Shown one piece after another: positions 9,700 through 19,376 of a DNA stretch of 64,000 nucleotides (its first letter is position 1; each line of letters opens with the position of its first letter). The DNA comes from an uncultured Candidatus Binatia bacterium (lineage in GTDB: Bacteria; Desulfobacterota; Binatia; UBA9968; JAJDTQ01). The stretch lies in contig OZ251459.1 in assembly GCA_965242525.1 (NCBI GenBank), positions 352,001-416,000 on the forward strand. The letters run 5' to 3'. A program made the translations under genes and the position numbers. The notes beneath the pieces are model-generated. The model worked only from the letters and a program-made list of their open reading frames with translations, had not been told where the DNA came from and searched no databases.

Positions 9700-11604
9700 T
9701 CAAGCCGCGGCCGCGGCCCTGCGCCGCATCAGGGGCCGGGCCAGACCGGCCGCGGCCAGGGCCACGCCGAGTACGTCGCTGTAGAGACCCGGTGCGATGA
9801 GCATGATGGCGGCCGCGAACACCACCACGCGCTCCGCCGCCTCCACGCGGTCCTTGAGGCTGCCCACCAGCGCGTACGCGGTCAGGATCACCCCCGCGGC
9901 TGCGGTGGCGGTGGTGACCACGACGGCTACGGGACTGCCCCGCATGAGCAGCGGCGTGCCGAAGACGAAGGCGTAGGGCAGGATGTACACCGGCAGCGAG
10001 ATGATGCCGGCGAACAGGCTGGTGCGCCAGAAGTCGCTGCCCGCCACGGTGGCGCCGGCGTAAGCGGCCAGGGCCACGGGCGGAGTGACCATGGACAACA
10101 TGCCGGAGAAGAAGATGAACAGGTGGGCAGCGATGGGGAGCACGCCGACCTTGACCAGCACCGGCGCCACCATCAGCGCCAGTATGATGTAGGCGATGCT
10201 GGTGGGCAGCCCCATGCCGAGGATCATGGATGCGAACATGGTCAGCAGCAGGATGGTGGTGAGGTCGTTGCCGGCGATGCCGATGACGAGGCCCGAGAAA
10301 CGGGTGGCGAGTCCGGTCATGAGGATGGCGCCCATGATGATGCCGACGCAGGCCACCGCGGTGCCCAGGGTGACGAAGTCCCTGCCGGTCCCCTCCAGCA
10401 CCCGGAAACCCGTCCTGACGACCGACACCGCCCCGGCCGGCGCGGACGCGGCGAAGCCGCGCCGGTCCCGGAGCAGCATGGTGACCGCGGTGATGCCCAC
10501 TCCCAACAGCGCGATGAGGGCCATGGCCCGCAGGACCGCCTGGACCGGCGACATCCGCAGCAGCAGCAACACGATGAGCAGGCCGATGCCCGCGACGAAG
10601 GTCAGTCCCTGGGGCTCGCGCACCACCTCCCGGAGGCTCGGCAGCTCGGAGGGGGGCAGCCCGGTGAGCCCGGAGCGGAGCGCGTAGAAATAGACCCCGG
10701 CGAGGACGCCGATGAAGTACAGCACCGCGGGGATGAAGGCGGCCTTGACGATCTGGAGGTAGTCCACGGCGAGGAACTGCATCATGAGGAAGGCCGCGGC
10801 GCCCATCACCGGCGGCATGAACTGTCCTCCGGTGGACGCCGCGGCCTCCACCGCGCCCGCCACGTGGGGCTGGAAGCCCACGCGCTTCATGAGCGGGATG
10901 GTGATGGAGCCGGTGACCATGACGTTGGCCACGGCGCTGCCGCTGACCGACCCCATCATGCCGCTGGACACCACGGACATCATCGCCGGGCCGCCGCGGT
11001 ACCGTCCCACCACCGAGCGGGTGAACTCCATGATGAACGCCAGCGCTCCGGTGGCTTCCAGCAGCTTGCCGAACATGACGAAGAGGAACACGAACTTGAA
11101 GGTGATGTAGGTGGCCACGCCGAAGACGCCGTTGCCCGACAGGTAGATGGTGGTCACGATGCGGTCCAGGTCGAAGCCGCCGTGCCCCCCCACCCAGCGC
11201 GGCAGGTGCTGGCCGTAGAAGACGTAGACCAGGAAGAACAGCGCGGTGACCACCAGCGCCCAACCCACGATGCGGCGGGTGGCCTCCAGCACCACGAGGA
11301 CGCACAGCACTCCCAGCACCAGGTCCGTGCGGGTGACCAGTCCGGACTTGAAGGTGATCTCCTCGTGGTTGACCACCACGTAGCCGAAGACCGCCAGGCT
11401 GAGGGCCAGCCAGAAGAGGTCCAGCGCCGCCTGGCCGGGCCGCGTCCGCTCCGTCGCCTGGGTGAGGAACACCAGCGCGAACAGCACCAGCAGGAACAGG
11501 CTCCGTTCCTGGAGGGGGGGCAACGGACTGAAGGCGTTCCAGACGGCGTACGCCGACAGTCCGATTGCCAGGAACCGGGTGACGATCCGGCCTACCGCTT
11601 CCAG
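9700..11604 (-). CDS. TRAP transporter 4TM/12TM fused permease (probable CTG start)
   Basis: SGSAVANV, EAAASTGGQFMPPVMGAAAF, GMGLPT and VTPPVALAA motifs. A further TM helix lies upstream of the TTG at 11523; the CTG at 11604 follows AAGGAGG. Confidence 0.85.
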   Translation of the reverse strand: MEAVGRIVTRFLAIGLSAYAVWNAFSPLPPLQERSLFLLVLFALVFLTQATERTRPGQAALDLFWLALSLAVFGYVVVNHEEITFKSGLVTRTDLVLGVLCVLVVLEATRRIVGWALVVTALFFLVYVFYGQHLPRWVGGHGGFDLDRIVTTIYLSGNGVFGVATYITFKFVFLFVMFGKLLEATGALAFIMEFTRSVVGRYRGGPAMMSVVSSGMMGSVSGSAVANVMVTGSITIPLMKRVGFQPHVAGAVEAAASTGGQFMPPVMGAAAFLMMQFLAVDYLQIVKAAFIPAVLYFIGVLAGVYFYALRSGLTGLPPSELPSLREVVREPQGLTFVAGIGLLIVLLLLRMSPVQAVLRAMALIALLGVGITAVTMLLRDRRGFAASAPAGAVSVVRTGFRVLEGTGRDFVTLGTAVACVGIIMGAILMTGLATRFSGLVIGIAGNDLTTILLLTMFASMILGMGLPTSIAYIILALMVAPVLVKVGVLPIAAHLFIFFSGMLSMVTPPVALAAYAGATVAGSDFWRTSLFAGIISLPVYILPYAFVFGTPLLMRGSPVAVVVTTATAAAGVILTAYALVGSLKDRVEAAERVVVFAAAIMLIAPGLYSDVLGVALAAAGLARPLMRRRAAAAA

Positions 11605-12572
11605 AGGCCCGCCTCCTTCCAGTAGCGCACGGCTCCCGGATGGAAGGGTACGTTGATGTCCTTGGTCAGCACCGCGGGGTTGGCCTGGGCGTACTTGAAG
11701 TAGCGCACTTCGGCCGCCATGCCGTCCAGGTTCTCGTGCAGGAGTCTGGTGATCTTATAGACCACCTCCTCGTCCGCGTCGTTCCGCACGTAGAGGTGCG
11801 GACCGCCGATGTCCACCGTGTCCACGTCCCGGCTGAAGGTGGGGGTGCTCTTGGGGATGGTGAGCCGGGTCATGTACGGCAGTTCCTTCAGGACCTTGTC
11901 GATGGCGGCCGGCTCCGGCGCAAAGTAGGCGGCGCCCTTCTCGGCGTGGAGACGCAAGGCGCCGGGGATGGGACTCAGGCCCGCCACGATCCCCGGGGTG
12001 GCCGCGATGATGCCGTCGCCGAGCTGCGTGTACAGGTCGCTCATCCCCGCGTACACGGGCTTGATGTCCTCGTAGGTCATGCCGTGGGCCTTGAACAGGG
12101 GCTTCAGGAAAGCGTCCCAGGTCCGGCCCGTGCCCACGCCCACGCGTTTGCCCTTGAGGTCCCGGAACGACTTCGCCGGGCTGTCGGGCAGGGTCATGTA
12201 GGCGAAGCCGTGGGGGTACAGGCCCATGATGGGCGCGATGGGGTGCTTCTTCTCGAAGCCGAGGATTCCGTGGTAGCCGGGGTAGCCGTTGTTGGACGAT
12301 ATGACGGCGATATAGACCTGCTTGCGGTCGATCAGCCGGATGTTCTCGCGCGAGCCTTCGGTGACGGCCGCGGTGACCGGGATCTGGAGCTTGTCCTCCA
12401 GCAGCTTGGCGACGCCTCCCGCCATGACGTAGAAGCCTCCTCCCACGCTGGCCCCGCCCACCTCCATGCTGGTCGGCATCTCCGCGGTGGCCGCTTGCGG
12501 GCCGGACGCCCATGCCATGGCGGCGACCGCGGCCGCCGCCAGCAGCCCCTTGAATCTCGGACTCCTCCTCAT
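11592..12572 (-). CDS. TAXI-family TRAP solute-binding protein
   Basis: Signal peptide; GASVGGGFY, TEGSRENI, DLKGKRV and PFHPGAVRYWKE motifs. Confidence 0.9.
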   Translation of the reverse strand: MRRSPRFKGLLAAAAVAAMAWASGPQAATAEMPTSMEVGGASVGGGFYVMAGGVAKLLEDKLQIPVTAAVTEGSRENIRLIDRKQVYIAVISSNNGYPGYHGILGFEKKHPIAPIMGLYPHGFAYMTLPDSPAKSFRDLKGKRVGVGTGRTWDAFLKPLFKAHGMTYEDIKPVYAGMSDLYTQLGDGIIAATPGIVAGLSPIPGALRLHAEKGAAYFAPEPAAIDKVLKELPYMTRLTIPKSTPTFSRDVDTVDIGGPHLYVRNDADEEVVYKITRLLHENLDGMAAEVRYFKYAQANPAVLTKDINVPFHPGAVRYWKEAGLWKR

Positions 12573-12640
12573 GCAGCACCTCCTTGCTGGTTTGGTTCCA
12601 TGCGCCGCGCGGCCGGGGCCGCGGTCCGGCGAACCCGCGT

Positions 12641-12669
12641 AAAATAGGATGGATCGCCGCGCCAGTCAA
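12641..12669 (-). promoter_or_regulatory. Putative sigma70 promoter for the TAXI operon
   Basis: TTGACT-N17-TATTTT on the minus strand. Confidence 0.55.
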
Positions 12670-12717
12670 CCTGAAAGAGAAGTCGCCGCAAACCAAGGCC
12701 GCGTCCGAACTTTCCGT

Positions 12718-12746
12718 TTGACAACCGCTCCCGCCTGCCATAGAAG
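12718..12746 (+). promoter_or_regulatory. Putative sigma70 promoter for the ABC operon
   Basis: TTGACA-N17-TAGAAG. Confidence 0.55.
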
Positions 12747-12832
12747 GGGGCGTCGCCTGCGAGGACGGGCGGTGCGTTTCCGTGTCCATGCGGCGCTCCG
12801 GCGGGGCGCCAAACCGAGAGGAGGACATCCGT

Positions 12833-13870
12833 ATGAAGGCATTGAGCTTGACCGCTGCGCTTCTCCTGCTGGCGGCGTCCGCGGCCTGGAGCCAGAGCAA
12901 GACCGTCAGGGATCTGGCCATGTACGAGGGAGCGGACTACGAGAAGATGCTCCTGGAGGGCGCGAAGAAGGAAGGCAAGGTGGTCTGGTACACGTCGCTG
13001 AGCGGCAAGTCCTACAAGACCATCCAGTCGGAGTTCGCCAGGAAGTACCCGGACGTGAAGATCGAGGTCTATCGGGCGGGAAGCAAGGACATATCGGCGA
13101 AGGTCCTTGCCGAGCACAGGGCCGGGAAACACCTGGCCGACGCCACGGAGACCACCCCGGGGATCCTGCAGCTCTTCCGCGAGCGCAAGATCATCACGCC
13201 CTACGCCAGCCCGGAGCACGCAAGATGGCCGGACGAGCACCGCATCAAGGCCGAGGGCCGGGGGGTGTGGTGGGTCACGGACCGGGAGTCCTTCATCGGG
13301 CTCGGGTACAACACCAACAAGCTGCCCAAGGAGCAGGTCCCCAAGAGCTTCGACGACCTCCTGAACCCGGCCCTCAAGGGCAAGCTGGTCATGAGCATCA
13401 CCAGCACCGGCGACCGGGTCATGGGCACCATGCTCAAGGTCAAGGGGATGGAGTACATCGAGAAGCTCAAGAAGCAGGAGGTCAAGCTCCTCAAGATCTC
13501 GGGCACGGCCACCCGGGACCTCATCATCTCGGGCGAGTTCGTGGCGTCGCCCACGGTCTTCCGGAACCACGCACTGGTGAAGATCCACGAGGGCGCCCCC
13601 CTGGGTTGGGAGGCCATGGACGAGGTCCCCACCAACGCCGGCGGCTCCGCGCTGTTCGCCCACGCGCCGCATCCCCACGCAGCGCTGCTGCTCATCAACT
13701 TCGTCCTGACCGAAGGGCAGACGATCCTGCAGAAGTTCCACTACGGCATGGCGTGGAGGGACTACCCCTTCGAGCGCGTCTATCCGGAGAGGGGCATGAG
13801 CTCGTCCGAGTACAACAAGTCCCTCAAGAAGTGGAACAAGTTGCTGCGCTCCGTCGGCCGCAAGGGCTGA
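12833..13870 (+). CDS. ABC transporter substrate-binding protein (Fe3+/thiamine/polyamine class)
   Basis: GGAGGA RBS, signal peptide; AKKEGKVVWYTS, YNT..P.SFDDLL and APHPHAA motifs. Confidence 0.85.
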   Translation: MKALSLTAALLLLAASAAWSQSKTVRDLAMYEGADYEKMLLEGAKKEGKVVWYTSLSGKSYKTIQSEFARKYPDVKIEVYRAGSKDISAKVLAEHRAGKHLADATETTPGILQLFRERKIITPYASPEHARWPDEHRIKAEGRGVWWVTDRESFIGLGYNTNKLPKEQVPKSFDDLLNPALKGKLVMSITSTGDRVMGTMLKVKGMEYIEKLKKQEVKLLKISGTATRDLIISGEFVASPTVFRNHALVKIHEGAPLGWEAMDEVPTNAGGSALFAHAPHPHAALLLINFVLTEGQTILQKFHYGMAWRDYPFERVYPERGMSSSEYNKSLKKWNKLLRSVGRKG

Positions 13871-14014
13871 GCGCCTCCCGGGCTCCGTTCGTCCACGCGA
13901 GACCTTCCGTTGCCCTTCCGTTCCGATGGCCGCGGCAACCCGCGGGCAGGCCGTGGACCTGCCCGCGGGCGCCGCGGATGCGCATGACCGCCGCCCGGTG
14001 GAGGACTACCGCGC

Positions 14015-15790
14015 TTGAGTAGAGACCAGGCAACCGCCGCGGCGCCCGTACCGGACAGGGGCGGTTCCGCGGCGTTCCTCGATTTCCTGCGTCCGAGCCG
14101 GCAGGGGCGCGACTACCCCTTCTGGCTGTTCATCCCCTGCGCGCTGGTGCTGCTCTACCTGGTGGTGCCGCCGTTGGTCTTCATCGTCTATACGAGCTTC
14201 GTTCCTCCCGAGGACTCGGGGATCGTCGGGCTGACGCTCCAGAACTTCTTCCACATATTCGAGTCCCTGGCGGAGTTCGAGATCCTGGTCTGGAACTCCC
14301 TGGTGTTCTCCGTGGGGAGCGCGGCCTGGGCCCTGGTGTTCGGCACGGTGATGGCCTGGTTGGCGGAGCGCAGCAACGCGCCGTTCCGCATGGTGGCGTA
14401 CCTGGCGGCCTTCGTGTCGTTTGCCGTGCCCGGGCTCATCAAGGTCATCGGCTGGATCCTGCTGCTGGGGCCGGAGGCCGGTTTCATCAACCTGGCGGTG
14501 GGCTCGGTCACCGGCGTCGCCCCGATCTTCGACATCTTCTCCATGAGCGGCATGGTGCTGGTGGAGGGCTTCCTGTGGACCCCCATCGTCTTCCTGCTCA
14601 TGGCCACGCCGTTCCGTTCCATGGACCCGTCCCTGGAGGAAGCCGCGGTGGTGGCCGGCAGCAGCGACTGGCAGGTCTTCTGGAAGGTCACCCTGCCCAT
14701 GGCCATGCCCAGCGTGCTGTCGGTGCTGATCCTCACGTTCATCCGCAGCCTGGAGGCCTTCGAGATCCCCGCGCTGGTGGGTCTCCCCGCGGGCATCGAG
14801 GTGATGACCACCCAGATCTACCTCCAGTTGAGCGAGGGCTACATCCCCGAGTACGGCAACGCCAGCGCCTACTCCGTGATCCTCATCGGCATCGTGGCCC
14901 TGTGCCTGCTGCCCTACTACCGGGTGACCCAGCACGCGCACCGGTTCACCACCATCACCGGCAAGGGGTTCCAGCCCCGGCGGAAGGACCTGGGACGCTG
15001 GCGCTGGCTGGGAGGGCTGGCCCTGCTGGGCCTGCCGGCGTTGCAGCTCCTCCCGCTCACCGCCCTGGTGTGGGCGAGCTTCATGCCCTACCTGCAGGTG
15101 CCTTCGTGGGAGGCCCTCTCCCTGCTCACCCTCGACAACTACGCGGTGGCGTTCAGCGACGACAAGATCCTGAGCTCCATCATGAACAACCTCATCATCA
15201 GCATCGTTTCCGCCACCGCCTGCGTGGGCGTGGCGTTCGTCACGGCCTGGCTGGTGACGCGGACGAACATCCGGATGCGCTGGTCCCTGGACCGGCTCAC
15301 GATGGTGCCCCTGGTCTTCCCCGGCATCGTCATGGGAGTGGCGGTCCTCCAGACCTACCTCACGGTGCCCATCCCCGTCTATGGCACCATCTGGATCATG
15401 GTCATCGCCTTCTCCGCCCGTTACCTGCCGTACGCCATGCGGTTCAGCCACGCCGGGCTCATCGGCATCCACCGGGAGCTGGAGGAGAGCGCCACCACCA
15501 GCGGATCGAGCTGGGGACAGGTGGCCCGGAAGATCATGGTCCCGTTGATGATGCCGGCGCTGTTCGCCGGCTGGATCTACATCTTCCTCATCACCATCCG
15601 GGAGCTGTCGGTGGCGCTGCTGCTCTACAGCCCGGGGTCCGAGGTGATCTCCGTAGTCATCTGGGAGCTCTGGGACAACGGCGCGGTGGGCACCCTGTCC
15701 GCCTTCGCCCTGGGCATCAGTGCGGGGACCGTGCTGCTGGCCTGCGTCTTCTACCGGCTGAGCCGCCGCCACGGCCTGGACGTGCGCTGA
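14015..15790 (+). CDS. ABC transporter permease (FbpB-like, two TM modules)
   Basis: Two EAA loops (LEEAAVVAG and LEESATTSG); start uncertain (TTG). Confidence 0.85.
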   Translation: MSRDQATAAAPVPDRGGSAAFLDFLRPSRQGRDYPFWLFIPCALVLLYLVVPPLVFIVYTSFVPPEDSGIVGLTLQNFFHIFESLAEFEILVWNSLVFSVGSAAWALVFGTVMAWLAERSNAPFRMVAYLAAFVSFAVPGLIKVIGWILLLGPEAGFINLAVGSVTGVAPIFDIFSMSGMVLVEGFLWTPIVFLLMATPFRSMDPSLEEAAVVAGSSDWQVFWKVTLPMAMPSVLSVLILTFIRSLEAFEIPALVGLPAGIEVMTTQIYLQLSEGYIPEYGNASAYSVILIGIVALCLLPYYRVTQHAHRFTTITGKGFQPRRKDLGRWRWLGGLALLGLPALQLLPLTALVWASFMPYLQVPSWEALSLLTLDNYAVAFSDDKILSSIMNNLIISIVSATACVGVAFVTAWLVTRTNIRMRWSLDRLTMVPLVFPGIVMGVAVLQTYLTVPIPVYGTIWIMVIAFSARYLPYAMRFSHAGLIGIHRELEESATTSGSSWGQVARKIMVPLMMPALFAGWIYIFLITIRELSVALLLYSPGSEVISVVIWELWDNGAVGTLSAFALGISAGTVLLACVFYRLSRRHGLDVR

Positions 15791-15876
15791 GCCTTCGGGA
15801 CCGGCGCTGCCGCGAGCGGTTGGCGCAGACGTCCCGGGCGCGCGGAGACGGAGCCACGTGGACGGAATCGTGGACC

Positions 15877-18051
15877 ATGCCGCAAACGTCGATTCCTGGA
15901 AGACGGAGACATACCACCGTGCCCCCGCTCCCCCCCGGGACCGGGTGCAGGCCTGAACGCCTCCCCCTGTCGTTGCTGCTTCTCGCACTGTCCACGTTGT
16001 TCCTGTGCAGCATGGACAAGGGGTACTTCTACCGTTTCGGCGAGCATAACTGGGATACGGGGAAGAACTTGGCCATCGCCGAGAACCTGTCGCCCGACCA
16101 CCACTTCCGGTTGTTCCTGGCGCGGCGCCAAGGGTCGGGCGACGCTCCGATCCACCAGATGTACAGCCGCTTTCCCGTGGGCGGATACGCGCTCATCAAA
16201 CTCGCCATCCTCCCATTCGGAAACGACCTGTCCGCCAGGATCCTCGCCGCCCGAATGCTCATGTTGGCGTTGTTCAGCGCCGCTGCGCTCCTGGCCTTCC
16301 ACTCCCTCGCCCGCATCACCTCCCGCCGCTGGATCGCGCTGGCCGCCACCCTCATGGCGTTCTCCTCCTCCTACATGCTGTTCTACAACGACTCGGTTTC
16401 CGGGGAGTACAGCATGGACCTGTTCGCGGTCATGCTGGTGTTCCACGGCATGGTGGTGTTCGTGCAGGAGGGACGGTTCCGGCAGTTGCTGGCCAGGACC
16501 TGCGTTGCGCTGCTGCTGGGCTGGCACGTGTATGCGTTCCTGCTGCCGTTCCTCCTCCTGGGCCTGGGTAGCGAGGCGGTTCGGGCGTGGAAGGACGAGA
16601 CGGCGCTGTGGCCGCGTGCGCGCTCTGCCGGGGCGGCGGCGCTGCGCAGCCGCTACATGGCCCTTGGCCTGGCCGCGCTGCTGTTCGGCGCGGCCGTCCT
16701 GGGATTCAACTTCGCCAACGAGTACGCCGCGTTCGGAGGCGAGACCCCGGTGACGGAACTGCCGTCGTTCCGGTCCATGCTCAGGCGGACCACCGGCGTG
16801 GGCCAGGACCTGGACGCCCCTTTCCACTCCGGTGGGTGGCCGGGCTTCCTGCGAGAGCAGTTCCACCGTGTCTGCGTGGCGTCCGTTCCATGGGTGCTGA
16901 CCGACTGGGGCGCCGGTTTGCGGGGGCGGTTCCCTCCGGTTCCCTTTTCGGCGTCCGGCCTTTCGGGGCCGGAGTTGTCGGTTTACCTGCTGTCGTTGCT
17001 GCTGGCGGTGGCCGCATCCGCGGCAGCGGTTCGGCTTGCGAAGCCGCCGTTGGCAGGCCGGTCCCGCCTGCTGCTGGCCGCCCTTGCCCTGTCCGGGTTC
17101 TTCTGGGCGCTGCCCATGCGCCACAACGTTGCCGCCCACCCTCACGAGGCCCTGTACTACGTGGGCGTGCCGCTGGTGTCGTACTCACTGCTCCTGCTGT
17201 ACGTCCACCAGCGCTGGGGGCGTGGTCCGGTGGTCGGCCTTGCGGTTGCGGCCCTGCTCGCCTTCGTGGTCTCCGCCTTCGGGACGGAACGACGGTGGCG
17301 CCCCGACGCCCGGGCGGCAGAGGTCCAGCGAACCGCCATGGCCGAGCTCGGGGCCATCCGCGAGACCACCCGGGGAAAGGCGGTCCTGGTCATCGGGTCC
17401 GTCGAGCCGGAATGGTCCTGGCAGGTCGCGCACCTGTACTACGAATGGAGGTACTATCTCGCAGGTAGCGTCCTGGCGCACTCCCTCCACACGGAACACC
17501 CCTGGAGCTACTATCCCGCCGGAAGCGCGTTGACACACTTCCCGGACATGGAAGACGCCGCCCGCGCCGCGGACTTCATCGTCACCCGAGACCATGTGGA
17601 GAGCGGCGCCCTGCTCACACCCGGGAACCAACGGGTGTTCCTGTATGATTCCGCGGGTATCGACGACCTGGTGGAGTTGTACCGGGCCACGTACCAACGG
17701 GTGGTGTCCGGAGAACCTGCGGCGCGCTCCCAATTCGACGTCTATCTCGATGAGGACGCGCTGTTCCACGTCAAGGAGCCCTGCGTCCGGGAGGACGTGG
17801 GATCGAAGGTCTTCGTGAAGGTCGTCCCGGAAGACCCGAAGGACCTTCCCGAAAGGATCCCGCGGCATGGTTCCAGGGGTCTTCGTGTTTTCTTCCAGCG
17901 AAGCGGCGTGCTGTTCGAGGGGAAGTGCATGGCGATTCTTCCGCTTCCCGATTATCCCGTCTCCGTCCTCAGGACGGGACAGCAGCCGTCCCGACACCCC
18001 GGCTGGAAAGGACCCCCCGGCTGGGAAGTAGAGATACCGGCGAGCCGGTAG
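15877..18051 (+). CDS. Multi-pass membrane protein (GT-C-like?) with C-terminal soluble domain; paralog 2 of 3
   Basis: The ORF-track frame 14575-18051 becomes protein-like from the ATG at 15877; AIAENLSP, YSRFPVGGY and LLLGWHVY motifs. Confidence 0.75.
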   Translation: MPQTSIPGRRRHTTVPPLPPGTGCRPERLPLSLLLLALSTLFLCSMDKGYFYRFGEHNWDTGKNLAIAENLSPDHHFRLFLARRQGSGDAPIHQMYSRFPVGGYALIKLAILPFGNDLSARILAARMLMLALFSAAALLAFHSLARITSRRWIALAATLMAFSSSYMLFYNDSVSGEYSMDLFAVMLVFHGMVVFVQEGRFRQLLARTCVALLLGWHVYAFLLPFLLLGLGSEAVRAWKDETALWPRARSAGAAALRSRYMALGLAALLFGAAVLGFNFANEYAAFGGETPVTELPSFRSMLRRTTGVGQDLDAPFHSGGWPGFLREQFHRVCVASVPWVLTDWGAGLRGRFPPVPFSASGLSGPELSVYLLSLLLAVAASAAAVRLAKPPLAGRSRLLLAALALSGFFWALPMRHNVAAHPHEALYYVGVPLVSYSLLLLYVHQRWGRGPVVGLAVAALLAFVVSAFGTERRWRPDARAAEVQRTAMAELGAIRETTRGKAVLVIGSVEPEWSWQVAHLYYEWRYYLAGSVLAHSLHTEHPWSYYPAGSALTHFPDMEDAARAADFIVTRDHVESGALLTPGNQRVFLYDSAGIDDLVELYRATYQRVVSGEPAARSQFDVYLDEDALFHVKEPCVREDVGSKVFVKVVPEDPKDLPERIPRHGSRGLRVFFQRSGVLFEGKCMAILPLPDYPVSVLRTGQQPSRHPGWKGPPGWEVEIPASR

Positions 18052-18103
18052 TCTCCATCGGCCGCCCTTGCCGTTCGGGTTCGCCTCGAGGACCGCGTCC
18101 AGG

Positions 18104-19345
18104 CTATGGAGCGGCGGAGGCGTCCGTACGCAGGAGCTCCAGGAGTTCCGGACTCGGCAACCCGTCCGCCCGCCGCCGTTTCTCCTTCTGGTAGTCCCGT
18201 ATGGCGGCCCGGGTCCGGGGACCGAGAATCCCGTCCACCTTGCCGATGTCGTATCCCTTGGCGGCCAGGAGGCGTTGCAGCTCCTTGCGGTGGGTCTCGG
18301 CCAGGGGGCGGGCCCCGTCCGGCCAAGCCAGGAGCGCTCCCTCGTCCCGCAGCCGGTCGGCGAGGTGCCCGACGGCCAGCGCGTACTTGCGCGCGGGGTT
18401 GTAGCGCATGATCGAGCGAAAGTTCCGGCGCAGCAGGAAGGCAGGCCCGTCCGTTCCCGCCGGAAGGTAGAGGTAGGCGTTGTCTCCGGGGTGTGGAAAC
18501 GCGAGGCCGTCGGCGCGCCGCAGACCCATGCGCCGCCATTCGCGGACCGCCCTCTCGCCCTCGGGCCCGGCCGCATCGGCCCCGAGGCCTTGCGGAAGGG
18601 TGACGTGGTGGCCCCAGGGTCTTCCGGGCGCCCAGCCGTTCCGGCGCAGGTAGTTGGCGGTGGAGGCCAGCGCGTCCTCCGGCGTGTTCCAGATGTCCCG
18701 GCGGCCGTCGCCGGTGAAGTCCACCGCGTAGGCCGCGTAGCTGGTGGGGATGAACTGCGTGTGGCCCATGGCCCCGGCCCAGGAGCCGGTCATGCGCGGG
18801 AGCGCCACGTCCCCGGCCTCGAGGATCGCGAGCGCGGCCAGCAGTTGCTTGCGGCCGAACCTGGCGCGGCGTCCCTTGTAGGCCAGGGTGGAGAGGGACC
18901 GGATCACGTTCCGGTGGCCGCGCAGCGCGCCGTAGAGCGTTTCCATGCCCCAGACCGCCACCAGCACGCGGCGATCGACTCCGTAGCGCCGTTCCATCCG
19001 CTCCAGGTCGGCTGCGTGCTCGGACAGCTTGGCGCGCCCTTCCCGCACGCGCGTGTCCGTGACCGTCAGGGCCACGTAGTGCGACGGCGGCAGCACGAAC
19101 TCGGGTTGGCGGTCGTTCCTCTCGATGACTTCCGGGTCGGGGGTGAGGCCGCGGAACGCGCGGTCGTACAGGGGCCCCGGGATGCCGTGCCTGAGCGCCT
19201 CCCCCCGGAACTCCTCCACGAACTTCCGATAGGCCGCGTGGTCGGACGCGCTCGGCGGAGCCGCGGAAGCGGGCGCCGGGTTCCCGACGGCCGCCAGGAC
19301 CAGGGCGGCCGCCAAGCCTGCGCCGGTCCTCATCCTGCCGCTCAT
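18104..19345 (-). CDS. Lytic murein transglycosylase (MltB family) with C-terminal peptidoglycan-binding domain
   Basis: QPEF, WGMETLYG, GSWAGAMGHTQFIPTSY and RYN motifs; C-terminal LQRLL..GYD.G.VDGILGPRTRAAI. Confidence 0.9.
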   Translation of the reverse strand: MSGRMRTGAGLAAALVLAAVGNPAPASAAPPSASDHAAYRKFVEEFRGEALRHGIPGPLYDRAFRGLTPDPEVIERNDRQPEFVLPPSHYVALTVTDTRVREGRAKLSEHAADLERMERRYGVDRRVLVAVWGMETLYGALRGHRNVIRSLSTLAYKGRRARFGRKQLLAALAILEAGDVALPRMTGSWAGAMGHTQFIPTSYAAYAVDFTGDGRRDIWNTPEDALASTANYLRRNGWAPGRPWGHHVTLPQGLGADAAGPEGERAVREWRRMGLRRADGLAFPHPGDNAYLYLPAGTDGPAFLLRRNFRSIMRYNPARKYALAVGHLADRLRDEGALLAWPDGARPLAETHRKELQRLLAAKGYDIGKVDGILGPRTRAAIRDYQKEKRRRADGLPSPELLELLRTDASAAP

Positions 19346-19376
19346 GGGGAGACTATCCGGCTTCCGGTGCGGGGTG

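Noticed and set aside
12833-15790. ABC transporter lacking an ATPase gene
   Set aside because: ATPases shared in trans are common for this class.
14575-15876. Apparent long N-terminal extensions or fusions (14575-18051, 24920-27220, 56744-58987, 60508-62670, 60589-62703, 42905-44593)
   Set aside because: The extensions are off-frame reads through neighbouring genes; plausible starts lie downstream.
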